From UHGV virus genome UHGV-0360402: a stretch of DNA of 41,827 bases; one strand, written 5' to 3'. The notes under the pieces were generated by a model. The model was not told the DNA's origin. It worked only from the letters and a program-made list of their open reading frames with translations, and ran no database searches. Made by a program: the position numbers and the translations under genes. This document shows, one piece after another, positions 27,773 through 36,759 of the stretch. The first letter of the stretch is position 1. Each line of letters begins with the position of its first letter. Origin of the DNA: a virus.

Positions 27773-27815
27773 ATCCTCATCAGAGGATATCAACGACATT
27801 ATCCCCACCAGCAGA

Positions 27816-29291
27816 TTAAGCATATGGATCGTAATCTGTGATGGCCTTGCCTTGCTGGTTCTGCTGCCCGGGAATTCGCAGACGCTTCGACACAGGGAAC
27901 GCAAACGTCAGCAGTAGCGCATCGCCTTTACCAGGAGAACGCCCAAGCCGCTCCTTGATATCTTCCTTCGGTTCGATAACGATTTTACCGTCCACTCGAA
28001 CTTTGTACTCTGCCGCCGACAGGTCGTCCGCTGTTTCCTGGTCATCCAGCATGCCGCCCAGCCTCAGCCATGTCTTACATGAGTTGAACATCTCCCCGCG
28101 CTTGTTGAGCATCTGAGGGTCAGTTGACGCACCACCGAACGGAACAAGTTGCCATGTACGACCCCAGCCATCACCGATTGACTTCAGACCGGTTCCGTAA
28201 CCGAAGTCGATGAACACCGCGTCAGCATTGTACTGGTCTTCAAAGTCAGCGATACGCTTCGCCATAATCAGATCGTCGGTGGTCTTGTTACCAGTCCATA
28301 GCACCTTACTGTGCAGCCCCTGCCGCAGGTATATCACCGCGTCATCAACGCCTGAGTATGCCGGGTCAACGCCGATTATCACCGGAGCATGTGCAACCTG
28401 CGCAGCGGTGACCACCCGTTTCATTGCCTCGTCAGTAAGTCCGGTAGGGATAAACTGCAATTCAGATGCATCCGGGAATATGCCGCGCACACGGATTTTA
28501 ACGAAGTCGCTGTCTTCCCCGTAGTCATCAACCCATTTCTGCAACTGCTGTTTGTTAGTGCCTTCCACCGTCCGGCTGTCAATCTGCGCAGTTTTCCAGC
28601 GGTGTTTGTATTTGCGGAAACATTCGCGAAAACGCCCGGTATTACGTGTAGGGTTTCCGAACGCCACCCAGATAATCTCAGTGTCTTCGTCCGTAAGCGC
28701 ACCCTCAGCAACTTCCCACACCAGATCCGCAATGTTCGACGCTTCATCGAATACCACGATGATGCGTTTTCGCTCGTTGTGTAGTCCGGCGAATGCCTCA
28801 GTGTTGTGCTCAGACCAGGGGATTGCGTCAGCTCGCCACCGCTTGTCGTGCCCAGGATCATTGCTGTACATCGCGGTAGCGGTACAGGTAAACCAGTCTT
28901 TCGTGATAGCAAGGTTCGACCACTTGATAATTTCCGGCCAGGTCTTCGTTCGTAGCTGGTTGTCGGTGTTGGCGGTCACCACGACCTTACAATCCTCGCA
29001 AGTGGACATGCCCCAGTTGATCAACATTGAGATGTATGCTGATTTACCAATACCGTGACCCGAAGCACGTGCCAGCATAAGCGGCTGATAGCGCGTCTCG
29101 GGATTCTGCAGGTGATCACGTATCTCTCGGAACGCATCGGCCTGCCACTGACGTGGGCCGGTAGCATGTGCCAGTTCAGTCCCCTCTTCCCCCCACGGGA
29201 ACGCATAGAGGGCATAGCCAAGCGGATCGTGAGTGAACCCTGCAATATCCTCGATCAACTGCTCTTCAGGAGATAACGCTGCATCTGTCAC
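27816..29291 (-). CDS. Terminase large subunit (491 aa)
   Basis: GTG start coupled to terS stop; Walker-A-like GHGIGKS, acidic VVFDEAS and nuclease-region motifs. Confidence 0.85.
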   Translation of the reverse strand: MTDAALSPEEQLIEDIAGFTHDPLGYALYAFPWGEEGTELAHATGPRQWQADAFREIRDHLQNPETRYQPLMLARASGHGIGKSAYISMLINWGMSTCEDCKVVVTANTDNQLRTKTWPEIIKWSNLAITKDWFTCTATAMYSNDPGHDKRWRADAIPWSEHNTEAFAGLHNERKRIIVVFDEASNIADLVWEVAEGALTDEDTEIIWVAFGNPTRNTGRFRECFRKYKHRWKTAQIDSRTVEGTNKQQLQKWVDDYGEDSDFVKIRVRGIFPDASELQFIPTGLTDEAMKRVVTAAQVAHAPVIIGVDPAYSGVDDAVIYLRQGLHSKVLWTGNKTTDDLIMAKRIADFEDQYNADAVFIDFGYGTGLKSIGDGWGRTWQLVPFGGASTDPQMLNKRGEMFNSCKTWLRLGGMLDDQETADDLSAAEYKVRVDGKIVIEPKEDIKERLGRSPGKGDALLLTFAFPVSKRLRIPGQQNQQGKAITDYDPYA

Positions 29292-29893
29292 TGATTGCCA
29301 TCCTGACGTTCTTTGAGTCGCTTCCTGGCTGCTGCTATGCGATCAGCAATTGTCACATTCACATTAACATCCAGGCGTTCTTTGAATGCGTTGACGTCGA
29401 CGTGCTTACCAATCAGTTCGAGGTTCTTCACCTTGTCAGGCCATTTAATTTTTTTGAGGATTGTCTCTATCGAATCCTCGTTCATGTTCATGATGGTCGA
29501 TGACAGATCAAAGCCACTAAGCGTAGTGCGCCAGATTTTCGGCCACTCGCGGATTGGCTTAAGGCTCCCATCGTCGTTGAGGATATCGATCACGTCCATC
29601 TGGTCGATCTCCACCAGGCGCATGAGAACGTAATCAGCACTGACGCGCATTCGTTTGTTGCGCTCCTCCATCAACTCGGCAATCCGTTTTTGAATGCGTT
29701 CATCGCGCATCATGACACTGGCTTTAACTGCCGCTGTATTTGGGGAGAATCCTGCGTTAATCGCTGCCTGAGTCTGGTTTTCAGGCGTTTTGATGTATGA
29801 CTGGCAATAAGCCTCCTGCATTGCTGTGAGCGGCTTAAATTGCGTTGATTTGCGTTTATAGGTTTTAGGTTCAGCAGGCATCATAACCACCAT
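29288..29893 (-). CDS. Terminase small subunit
   Basis: Immediately upstream of and coupled to terL; start taken at ATG 29893 (alternatives 29884/29881); the ORF-track TTG 29962 start would put an operator inside the coding sequence. Confidence 0.65.
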   Translation of the reverse strand: MVVMMPAEPKTYKRKSTQFKPLTAMQEAYCQSYIKTPENQTQAAINAGFSPNTAAVKASVMMRDERIQKRIAELMEERNKRMRVSADYVLMRLVEIDQMDVIDILNDDGSLKPIREWPKIWRTTLSGFDLSSTIMNMNEDSIETILKKIKWPDKVKNLELIGKHVDVNAFKERLDVNVNVTIADRIAAARKRLKERQDGNQ

Positions 29894-29901
29894 GGTAATA
29901 G

Positions 29902-29916
29902 TTACCGTTGTGGTAA
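29902..29916. promoter_or_regulatory. Operator-like palindrome TTACCgttgtGGTAA upstream of terS
   Basis: Perfect half-sites, flanked by direct GGTAATAG repeats. Confidence 0.55.
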
Positions 29917-29958
29917 TAGTACCATGCAAAATAAAGCCGCCATAGTTGGCGGCAGTAT

Positions 29959-30171
29959 TCAAAGTCCATCAAATTCATCGTAAAAACTCTCGTCAAGATA
30001 CCCTTCCCATTTACCGCGAATGAAAATTACATCCTCGCCGCAAGGGTGCTGACTGTCGATAACTATATCCCTCCTGGCGCAACCATACTTATGCATGAGA
30101 AATTTAACCTCTTTCGGAAAATTTGCTGAGTTATCTCTCATATCTTCAAGGTCGTAGCGTATTTTTGGCAT
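29959..30171 (-). CDS. Hypothetical protein (70 aa)
   Basis: ATG 30171 with AAGGTG RBS; directly downstream of palindrome copy 3. Confidence 0.5.
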   Translation of the reverse strand: MPKIRYDLEDMRDNSANFPKEVKFLMHKYGCARRDIVIDSQHPCGEDVIFIRGKWEGYLDESFYDEFDGL

Positions 30172-30180
30172 AACACCTTC

Positions 30181-30192
30181 GTGACATGTCAC
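30181..30192. repeat. 12-bp palindrome GTGACATGTCAC (copy 3 of 3)
   Basis: Exact; overlaps stop of 30189-30527 gene; preceded by TAACACC. Confidence 0.8.
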
Positions 30193-30527
30193 ACTATTAA
30201 TTTCGTTTCATGCCAGCCTTTAGTCACCCAGCATTGCGAGTCACCATTACACGGGCATGAATTTACAGGAACTCTCTCGCCGCACTTACCGCAACGTTTT
30301 CTGCTGATCGATTTTATACGCCCGTGCACGCGTGCATCATCCTGGCGGATCAGTAACGCTATATACTCACCAAATTCGTAAGGCGCACGCCCGGGGCGAC
30401 GCGTGGCACAGTTACGCTCCAGCATTTCAATTTCCTGAGCATCAAGCACAATCTCCAGCTTACGCACACCAGATGCAGCTTGTCTGGCTCTCTGAGCGGC
30501 TTTGCGCTCTGCTGCTGATTTAGCCAT
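30189..30527 (-). CDS. Hypothetical protein with C-terminal Cys cluster (112 aa)
   Basis: AGGA RBS; basic N-terminus; CGKCG...CPCNGDSQC motif; last gene before the late block. Confidence 0.5.
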   Translation of the reverse strand: MAKSAAERKAAQRARQAASGVRKLEIVLDAQEIEMLERNCATRRPGRAPYEFGEYIALLIRQDDARVHGRIKSISRKRCGKCGERVPVNSCPCNGDSQCWVTKGWHETKLIV

Positions 30528-30861
30528 TCTGATTTTCCTGCATCATGAGAAATACAATCATGGCGGCGCGGAGAGGTCTGGTATCAAATATTGGTCTTAC
30601 GCCTTTTGCATCAACACACCATTCAGTTAACTGGTCTAAGATAGAAATCCTGTGTTTCTCAATAATCGGCCATGAGGCGCTAGGATCATTGCAGTAGTCA
30701 GGTAAAGGGTTTAATGGCTCAAAAGTTGTATCAGTATTTCCGTAATACCATTTGTTGGTGTTATTCCCTGATGTTTCCGGTTTACATGCCCAAAGGCCTT
30801 TAAAAATTATGTCTCCTACCATTCTGTTAATTTCAAAATCACTTAACTGTGAATAGTCCAT
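30520..30861 (-). CDS. Hypothetical nin-region protein (113 aa)
   Basis: AGGAGG RBS before ATG 30861. Confidence 0.5.
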   Translation of the reverse strand: MDYSQLSDFEINRMVGDIIFKGLWACKPETSGNNTNKWYYGNTDTTFEPLNPLPDYCNDPSASWPIIEKHRISILDQLTEWCVDAKGVRPIFDTRPLRAAMIVFLMMQENQNG

Positions 30862-31667
30862 CACTTCACCTCCTGCGGCGGTTCCGGTAGCGGCATCCAG
30901 TGAGTTACTTTCGATGCCGGTTCTTCCCCATCGTCAGTAACTGCCCACCATTTGTTTCTCGACCAATCGTAATACCCTTCGAAGGTATTGCACTCAGTCC
31001 AGCCGTAAGACTTACCCCAACACCAAACATACTGTTTATCGTTCGGCATTCGCTCACTACAGCTTATCCAACCATCCGGAGTCACCGGAAGCGAGAACGG
31101 CAGCACATCTCTGTGAACAAGTTTTTGCTGTGACAGGTTATCCAGAACTTTCTGTACTGCTGCATCACCGAATACACCAAGCGCATCTGCCATAACTCCT
31201 ACAACCTGATAAGCCTCAGCGCATACCGTGGATAAACCATCCGGAATTACCGGAGAGTTGCCGGGTTCTTTAATGTGCAAGCGAGGCTCACCATCTTTTG
31301 GTTCAGGCCACTGGCGCTCCATGTTGATCTTCAATTTATCTTCCATAGCAGCGGTAATTTCAGCATCGCTGATGCCAGCACGGCGCTGTGCATCCCACAA
31401 CAGGAAATGCATATCAGCCCACTCGCTGAGATCGTCTGGTTCGGCTGCGGCTTCCAGAGCCTCTTTTGAGAGGTGTTTCAGTGGACCAATGGGGCCAACG
31501 CAGCCAAATGTGGAGTCAGACCATTTGGCATGCTCGTGGCGAATCAGTTCGCGTTCCAGTGATGCCAGTGCAATTCGTGCCAGTTCCATTTGTTCGCCAC
31601 GAGTAAGCCCGTTTTCAAGCGGATTTTTAATGAACAATTCAATACGTTCTTTGGTAATAGTGGTCAT
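30861..31667 (-). CDS. DUF550/DUF551-type two-domain phage protein (268 aa)
   Basis: N-terminal helical region and C-terminal W-rich domain ending HWMPLPEPP, typical of the lambdoid DUF550-DUF551 fusion. Confidence 0.6.
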   Translation of the reverse strand: MTTITKERIELFIKNPLENGLTRGEQMELARIALASLERELIRHEHAKWSDSTFGCVGPIGPLKHLSKEALEAAAEPDDLSEWADMHFLLWDAQRRAGISDAEITAAMEDKLKINMERQWPEPKDGEPRLHIKEPGNSPVIPDGLSTVCAEAYQVVGVMADALGVFGDAAVQKVLDNLSQQKLVHRDVLPFSLPVTPDGWISCSERMPNDKQYVWCWGKSYGWTECNTFEGYYDWSRNKWWAVTDDGEEPASKVTHWMPLPEPPQEVK

Positions 31668-31677
31668 TTGTTATGCC

Positions 31678-31875
31678 TCAATACACGAAATCTGTTTTAA
31701 ATTCATGGTTACATTCTGGACAGCATGTTTCGTAACCTTTTATTTCTTCACATGCCTGTTTAGCTCCAGAAAACTCCCAGAAATCAGCATCACAAAGCAG
31801 ATCGAAATTGTGACCGCATTTTGGGCATTCGGTATCAAGTGACAGATTCCAGTAAGCAGTGGTGTTTTTATCCAT
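31678..31875 (-). CDS. Small zinc-ribbon protein (65 aa)
   Basis: AAGGAG RBS before ATG 31875; CPKC...CPEC. Confidence 0.5.
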   Translation of the reverse strand: MDKNTTAYWNLSLDTECPKCGHNFDLLCDADFWEFSGAKQACEEIKGYETCCPECNHEFKTDFVY

Positions 31876-31876
31876 A

Positions 31877-32320
31877 TCACTCTCCTTTGATGCGAATGCC
31901 TGTTGCAATGCTGTTTATGATGCTGTCAGTGCATGGGGTAGAAAGCTGGGCATCTCCAGCAATTTTCATGACCTCAACATCTGCATATCGAATACCGAGG
32001 TGTATCAGACCGGCTATGCCTGACTTAAGCCGAGCATTTTCCATAAATAGAACTTTTGCCCGCTGTTTTTCTGCTTCAAGCTCAACGCGCAGCTTCCCTA
32101 CCGTTAGCGCAATTTCCTCGTTCTCCTGGTCGCGGGATTTGATGTATTGCTGGTTTCTTTCCCGTTCATCCAACAATACCAGCGCGATATCTGGCGAAAA
32201 GTGCTTCATAAAATCGTTAAGCGCATTAATTCGCTGATCGAAAGGCATTACAGGTGCTTCACCAGCAATTTTTGTTTTTTCAGCGATTTCACGAAGCTTT
32301 TGATAATCAATCTTGCTCAC
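31877..32320 (-). CDS. Hypothetical protein, possibly Ead/Ea22-like (147 aa)
   Basis: GTG start with AAGGAGG RBS; coiled-coil centre. Confidence 0.5.
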   Translation of the reverse strand: MSKIDYQKLREIAEKTKIAGEAPVMPFDQRINALNDFMKHFSPDIALVLLDERERNQQYIKSRDQENEEIALTVGKLRVELEAEKQRAKVLFMENARLKSGIAGLIHLGIRYADVEVMKIAGDAQLSTPCTDSIINSIATGIRIKGE

Positions 32321-32621
32321 TGGTTGCCTCCTTTGCTGGGCTTTCTATCTTCTGAGTGGTTGTATCAAACTCAAACAACTTAACCACGTCATCAAACAGG
32401 ACATAATCGCCATCAGAATCTTCTGTCATGTCAGCGCCACAATCCTGACCGCACGAGTCACAACCACCCATATCAAGCTCGTATCGCTTGAGGTTTGCGA
32501 TATTTGATAAATTCAGCGCCAGTACAGCCAGGTCATAAACCTCTTCGGCAGTGACATCGCTGTTCAGTCCCATTTCATGGCGATATATGATTTTTTCTAC
32601 TCGTTGTTTTGTGATTGTCAT
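32307..32621 (-). CDS. Hypothetical acidic protein (104 aa)
   Basis: ATGA-coupled to upstream gene. Confidence 0.45.
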   Translation of the reverse strand: MTITKQRVEKIIYRHEMGLNSDVTAEEVYDLAVLALNLSNIANLKRYELDMGGCDSCGQDCGADMTEDSDGDYVLFDDVVKLFEFDTTTQKIESPAKEATSEQD

Positions 32622-33235
32622 TTTTGCTCGCCTCCCTGTTCTTCCAGAAAAATGCGCATAGTCTCAAGCATCTCTTCGGTGTCATACGGTGACAACTTGT
32701 CACGCAGGATGTGTTCAATGCTGTTAATGAACTTTCGGATTGCTTTGCGTTCAATTTCAGTCAGGAAAGCATCGGTGGCTGGGGTTTCCGGCAATAATCC
32801 GCCAACCAGTTCTATTTCTGTTCTGAACCGGGAACTAGACACAACGCGATAAGTCAGGTTCGGCATTCTGGCTGCCACTTGCATCTCAAACTCCTCTCCA
32901 GATTCCAGCCCGGCTTCATGGGCGTAATCAAGCGGGCTTCTGACAGGCTCTGAAGCTTCGCCGCCCCAGTAAATCAGGTTCGACTTCAGCCCCGCATTCT
33001 CCGCTGCCAGCGTCGAAAACTTCTCGTGTGCCAACTTAACAGCTGCATCAGCCTGCTTAATTGACTCAATCGCTCTCTGGTGGTCTTCGGCCAGCTCATT
33101 AGCACGCACCAACTGAACTTCCAGTTGCGCTGCCAAACAGCGAACAAGCACGGATGGTGCGCCTGTCATGTCGTCAGCTAACGCATGCCCTGATGCCACT
33201 AAATCTTTGATCATACCTTCAGCCATACTTTCCAT
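32618..33235 (-). CDS. Hypothetical protein (205 aa)
   Basis: ATG 33235; coiled-coil segments. Confidence 0.5.
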   Translation of the reverse strand: MESMAEGMIKDLVASGHALADDMTGAPSVLVRCLAAQLEVQLVRANELAEDHQRAIESIKQADAAVKLAHEKFSTLAAENAGLKSNLIYWGGEASEPVRSPLDYAHEAGLESGEEFEMQVAARMPNLTYRVVSSSRFRTEIELVGGLLPETPATDAFLTEIERKAIRKFINSIEHILRDKLSPYDTEEMLETMRIFLEEQGGEQK

Positions 33236-33296
33236 CTTTACCCTCGCTTATCCACATAACTTATTGATTACATTGATAACTAAAAAGATCGTCGAT

Positions 33297-33641
33297 TCAG
33301 AACTCTTCGATGTTCCAGCCACCACCTGCTTTCTTTGGTTTAACCGTTACCCCGATGATTCGGAACGGATACTGATCTGCGGCGACTTTGGTTTTCACCC
33401 TGGCGTCGTCGGTCCAGAAACCTTTCACTTCGTGCAGTTCCATCTCGCCGGTGGCGAGCATCACAGCAAAATCGGGCGTATAGAACGTGTTGTCAGCTAA
33501 CCGCAACTTGATACCCTCAAATCGATACCAGACGATTCCCCCTGCACGTTTACGCTGCTCAAGGTGCTGGCAATACGCAGATTCTGTTTTGTTCATCTGG
33601 CCTGTTTTGAGTCGACCAAGAGCCTGTATCTGTTTTCTCAT
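33297..33641 (-). CDS. DUF1064-like phage protein (114 aa)
   Basis: GAGGT RBS overlapping operator at 33645; motifs YCQHLE...FYTPDF...HEVKG. Confidence 0.55.
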   Translation of the reverse strand: MRKQIQALGRLKTGQMNKTESAYCQHLEQRKRAGGIVWYRFEGIKLRLADNTFYTPDFAVMLATGEMELHEVKGFWTDDARVKTKVAADQYPFRIIGVTVKPKKAGGGWNIEEF

Positions 33642-33644
33642 GAT

Positions 33645-33659
33645 TTACCTCTAAGGTAA
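33645..33659. promoter_or_regulatory. Operator-like palindrome TTACCtctaaGGTAA
   Basis: Perfect half-sites; overlaps RBS of 33297-33641. Confidence 0.55.
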
Positions 33660-33706
33660 TTAAAAACCACATAAGACACGAAATCAATAGAGTTTAGAAT
33701 ATTTTG

Positions 33707-33721
33707 TTACCCAACAGGTAA
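33707..33721. promoter_or_regulatory. Operator-like palindrome TTACCcaacaGGTAA
   Basis: Perfect half-sites; just downstream of terminator after P-like gene. Confidence 0.55.
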
Positions 33722-33733
33722 TTGTAGAGACGT

Positions 33734-33753
33734 AAAAAAATGCGCTATCGCGC
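33734..33753 (-). terminator. Rho-independent terminator after P-like gene
   Basis: gcgc-gata-gcgc stem plus ATTTTTTT on minus strand, 6 nt after stop. Confidence 0.65.
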
Positions 33754-33758
33754 TGGTA

Positions 33759-34559
33759 TTACTTGATAAATCCTGCCGCCTTTCCCCGCCTGTATTCCTC
33801 CATCAGCCACTGCGCCGGTGTTATTCCCCCAAGGGTGGCGGCGTTAGGCATGCACCCGAAACTTCTCCCTGGTGGATGGTAAACGTCTCTCCCTGTGCCC
33901 GGAGGTGTACTCATGGGCTCTGGCTTTGCCTGTATGCTGATCACCGGATCGGGTATCTGCTGTCCGGAAGCCACCTTTTTCGCCCAATCATCGAGCAGCC
34001 TGCGCGCGTGTTTCTCAACCTCAATCTCGCTAAGCTGGCGCTGATACATTGCACGGCGGGTATCACATACGACCCAGTACATAACCGGATGTCGCCACGG
34101 GAATCTTTCGGGACCACCAGGATATAAACTTTTTTCCTTGCTGTACCGGTGAAACTCCGCCATCACATCATCAATGGTGACGCCAAGAACCATCTTGCTG
34201 TCTTTACACCACTTGATGAATTGCCCTGGCGACGGCCAGAACGGAGACTCACTGGCGCGGGCGTGGCGCATACCAGCAGAAACCTGTTCACGGGTTCGGA
34301 TCCCCCCTTCGGCAAACGCAGCAATCCACTGCTGTTTTGCAGCAACTTCCTGCTCTGGCGTCTTCAGGTTGGTTACCACTGCCGCCGGAAACAGTTGTTT
34401 CAGCTGTTTGAAAAGGGCATCAACAAGCCTCTCTGCTGACATGTTCACCACGTTGTCATTGTTGGTGTACTGATGCTCATAACCTGACATGCGAGAAAGG
34501 GCTTCTCCGTCACGGTTTTGTATCGCGGTAAAAACGTTGTTCACAAGAAATCCTCCCAT
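33759..34559 (-). CDS. Replication protein P-like helicase loader (266 aa)
   Basis: QWIAAFAEGGIRTREQVSAGMRHARASESPFWPSPGQFIKWCKD aligns with lambda P core QWVLAFRENGITTMEQVNAGMRVARRQNRPFLPSPGQFVAWCRE; start could be later. Confidence 0.8.
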   Translation of the reverse strand: MGGFLVNNVFTAIQNRDGEALSRMSGYEHQYTNNDNVVNMSAERLVDALFKQLKQLFPAAVVTNLKTPEQEVAAKQQWIAAFAEGGIRTREQVSAGMRHARASESPFWPSPGQFIKWCKDSKMVLGVTIDDVMAEFHRYSKEKSLYPGGPERFPWRHPVMYWVVCDTRRAMYQRQLSEIEVEKHARRLLDDWAKKVASGQQIPDPVISIQAKPEPMSTPPGTGRDVYHPPGRSFGCMPNAATLGGITPAQWLMEEYRRGKAAGFIK

Positions 34560-35332
34560 GCTTCAGGGCTGTTCCAGTGCGGAACGTTGTTATCAGGTAA
34601 TGTTGATTGCTTCTGTCTGCTAATCTGCAGCCGCCTTGCCAGCTTCTGCTCCCACTGTGCCTGATGGTATGCCTTACCCTCAGCCATCCAGTAAATTCTG
34701 AACTCTGCAAGTTCCTGTGCCGTTGGCAGACTGTCCAGGTAGATCCCCTGCAATGAGCTTTTCCGAAGAAAGTCATCTGATGGCTGCCATTGTTCATGCA
34801 TGACAAATTTGCCTAATTGCCCTGGCCCACCAGGAGGAACAAAGTTATTCATCACGGCGTTGTTTGCGCCGGGGTCATGATGCACAGAATCCCCGGTTTT
34901 TGTCCTGCTCTCCCTCTCTTGGTTAAATGACTGGTTATATGACTGGTTCTGGATCCCGTTTTTGGGATCATTCAACATCCCGTTTTTGGGTATATTCCAG
35001 TTTTCGGGAACATTACCGTTTTCGGGTTCATTACACCCTTCTAGGTTGCCTTTAATGTTCCCTTTTTTGGTTATATTAAGAGAGAAAACCCGCACTCTTT
35101 TCGTCGCTCCCTTTCTCTCTCCGGTATCTGAAATAAGCCCCATTTTCATGAGCGATATAAGCCCGGCCTGTACGGTTTTTTTATTCAGGCAAGTGTCTTT
35201 AACGAGGCGTTCTATGCTTGGGTAGCAGAGGTTATATTCATCGGCTCTGTCAGCCATCGAGAGCAGTATGAGCTTTAATGACGAGCTACCTGGATCTGTC
35301 TCCCAGGCCCAATCTGTTGCATGTCTGCTCAT
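34541..35332 (-). CDS. Replication initiation protein: N-terminal HTH, C-terminal DnaT-like domain (263 aa)
   Basis: GGAGA RBS; central Asn/Gly-rich linker; C-terminal DSLPTAQELAEFRIYWMAEGKAYHQAQWEQKLARRLQ matches DnaT-type domain; upstream of P-like gene. Confidence 0.7.
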   Translation of the reverse strand: MSRHATDWAWETDPGSSSLKLILLSMADRADEYNLCYPSIERLVKDTCLNKKTVQAGLISLMKMGLISDTGERKGATKRVRVFSLNITKKGNIKGNLEGCNEPENGNVPENWNIPKNGMLNDPKNGIQNQSYNQSFNQERESRTKTGDSVHHDPGANNAVMNNFVPPGGPGQLGKFVMHEQWQPSDDFLRKSSLQGIYLDSLPTAQELAEFRIYWMAEGKAYHQAQWEQKLARRLQISRQKQSTLPDNNVPHWNSPEAWEDFL

Positions 35333-35347
35333 GATTAATCTCCGCTA

Positions 35348-35548
35348 TCAGCTTGAATGTTGTGGGGAGGAATTAATCATGATCTGCTTAATCTCTGCCC
35401 TGATGCGACGGTTTGATTCCATGGTGCACTCAACACAGTGTCCGTTGTAAACCCAGCGTTCACTGTCATGTCCGTGCTTACATGGTTTTCCGGTGTAGTA
35501 GCGTTTAAGTCCGCGCTTTGCGGCATCAATACGTGTAATGATTTCCAT
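35348..35548 (-). CDS. Small Cys/His-rich hypothetical protein (about 66 aa)
   Basis: ATG 35548 (longer TTG version unlikely); CKHGH...HCVEC; downstream of operator 35629. Confidence 0.45.
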   Translation of the reverse strand: MEIITRIDAAKRGLKRYYTGKPCKHGHDSERWVYNGHCVECTMESNRRIRAEIKQIMINSSPQHSS

Positions 35549-35628
35549 GGTAAGCCCTGTTATTAGTATTGGGATTACGGTTATTTTGTGCTGACACAAA
35601 AAAAAGATCAACCAGATTTGGTTTTTTA

Positions 35629-35643
35629 TTACCTTTTAGGTGC
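35629..35643. promoter_or_regulatory. Operator-like site TTACCttttaGGTGC
   Basis: Two mismatches in right half; lies after the terminator that follows the cro-like gene. Confidence 0.45.
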
Positions 35644-35650
35644 GAATAGA

Positions 35651-35677
35651 TATGAAAAGACCGCCGGATGGCGGTCT
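35651..35677 (-). terminator. Terminator-like hairpin after cro-like gene
   Basis: agaccgcc-ggat-ggcggtct stem then T-rich run on minus strand. Confidence 0.5.
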
Positions 35678-35698
35678 ACAGAGGGTTGTGGCTGGATA

Positions 35699-35929
35699 TC
35701 ATGAGTAGAAGAAGTATGCCAGTTCTGCTTTTGAGCGCAGCCATTGTCTTGTTTTACAGGCTTTAAAAAGCCCATTCATCAATACCTTACCTGGCATTTT
35801 GCGCTTACCTGTTAAGTGAGTCTGGATATAGTGACTCGTCGTTCCGGCTTCCTGTGCGAAGGCTTCACGCTCATCCGGAGTAAGTGCAAGCCAGTGCTTT
35901 TTGAAATCGAAATGTCCGTTATCGCTCAT
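35699..35929 (-). CDS. Cro-like small HTH regulator (76 aa)
   Basis: Divergent from repressor gene across triple-operator region; first gene of leftward early operon. Confidence 0.6.
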   Translation of the reverse strand: MSDNGHFDFKKHWLALTPDEREAFAQEAGTTSHYIQTHLTGKRKMPGKVLMNGLFKACKTRQWLRSKAELAYFFYS

Positions 35930-35965
35930 AGCTATTGCCTGATATTTATTTCAGATAATAAATAT

Positions 35966-36028
35966 TCACCCATAAGGTAACAAAAATCAAGGATAGTTAC
36001 CTATGGGGTGCATTTACCTGTTGGGTAA
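35966..36028. promoter_or_regulatory. Tripartite operator region between cro-like and repressor genes
   Basis: Three sites: TCACCcataaGGTAA (35966-35980), TTACCtatggGGTGC (35997-36011), TTACCtgttgGGTAA (36014-36028); overlap a candidate leftward promoter. Confidence 0.65.
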
Positions 36029-36083
36029 TATTGCTTTAAATTGAATCATCTACTGATTCATATATGAGGCGATTTTCCAGAAA

Positions 36084-36668
36084 ATGAAAAGTATCCAGGA
36101 CGTCCGCAGGCAAAATCTCAACGACTTGATCGACCGTGAATTCAATGGTGTTCAGACGCGGATGGCAGAAAAACTTGGAACTCAGGCAAATCTGGTAAAC
36201 CGCTGGGCTCTTGGCAAGAAGGTTATCGGCGACCAGGTTGCGCGAAAAATTGAAGCTGCCGCCAATAAACCCCGTAACTGGCTTGATATCGATCGCTCGC
36301 TTTCTCAGGAAGGTTTTCAGCCTGTCGGCCCAAGCGACATTGGTCAGCTGGCAGCTCACAACCTGGAACGCTGGATGAGTGAAAGCCGCGACCTTTCAAC
36401 TCAGGGAAAACTTCACCGCGCATCCGGCGTCGCCCAGGTGACAATAAGCCGCCTGTTAAACAATGAGGTCAGCGTTTCCATTTCCACCCTGGAGAATGTT
36501 GCATCTGCATTCGGGCGTCACGGATATGAACTACTGATTCATCCACATGACCCTGCAACTATCAACTATGACCGCTCGCGCTACGCATTGTTACCTGAAA
36601 CAGAGAAGGCAAAGATCGAAAGTTACATTGAATTTGTCATCAACCAGAACGAAAAAAACAAACAATAA
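36084..36668 (+). CDS. Prophage repressor candidate (194 aa), HTH, no S24 peptidase domain
   Basis: N-terminal HTH (GVQTRMAEKLGTQANLVNRWALGKK) and second HTH-like segment; no Ser/Lys autocleavage motifs; divergent from cro-like gene; own terminator. Confidence 0.65.
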   Translation: MKSIQDVRRQNLNDLIDREFNGVQTRMAEKLGTQANLVNRWALGKKVIGDQVARKIEAAANKPRNWLDIDRSLSQEGFQPVGPSDIGQLAAHNLERWMSESRDLSTQGKLHRASGVAQVTISRLLNNEVSVSISTLENVASAFGRHGYELLIHPHDPATINYDRSRYALLPETEKAKIESYIEFVINQNEKNKQ

Positions 36669-36688
36669 AATCATATTTTTCAGTAAGT

Positions 36689-36713
36689 AAGCCGCCTTAT
36701 GGCGGCTTTTTTA
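36689..36713 (+). terminator. Rho-independent terminator after repressor gene
   Basis: aagccgcc-ttat-ggcggctt plus T6. Confidence 0.85.
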
Positions 36714-36725
36714 TTGCCTGTTCGA

Positions 36726-36740
36726 TTACCTAACGGGTAA
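36726..36740. promoter_or_regulatory. Operator-like palindrome TTACCtaacgGGTAA
   Basis: Perfect half-sites; upstream of -35 of rightward early promoter. Confidence 0.6.
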
Positions 36741-36759
36741 TTTTTTTAACTCATATCTA

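Noticed and set aside
29894-29962. N-terminal extension of the terminase small subunit ORF from a TTG at 29962
   Set aside because: The extension contains a perfect TTACC-N5-GGTAA operator and direct repeats; ATG starts at 29893/29884 are more plausible.
29959-30527. A lambda-Q-type late antiterminator just upstream of the terminase genes
   Set aside because: Neither small protein here shows a recognisable Q-like pattern; late regulation is left unassigned.
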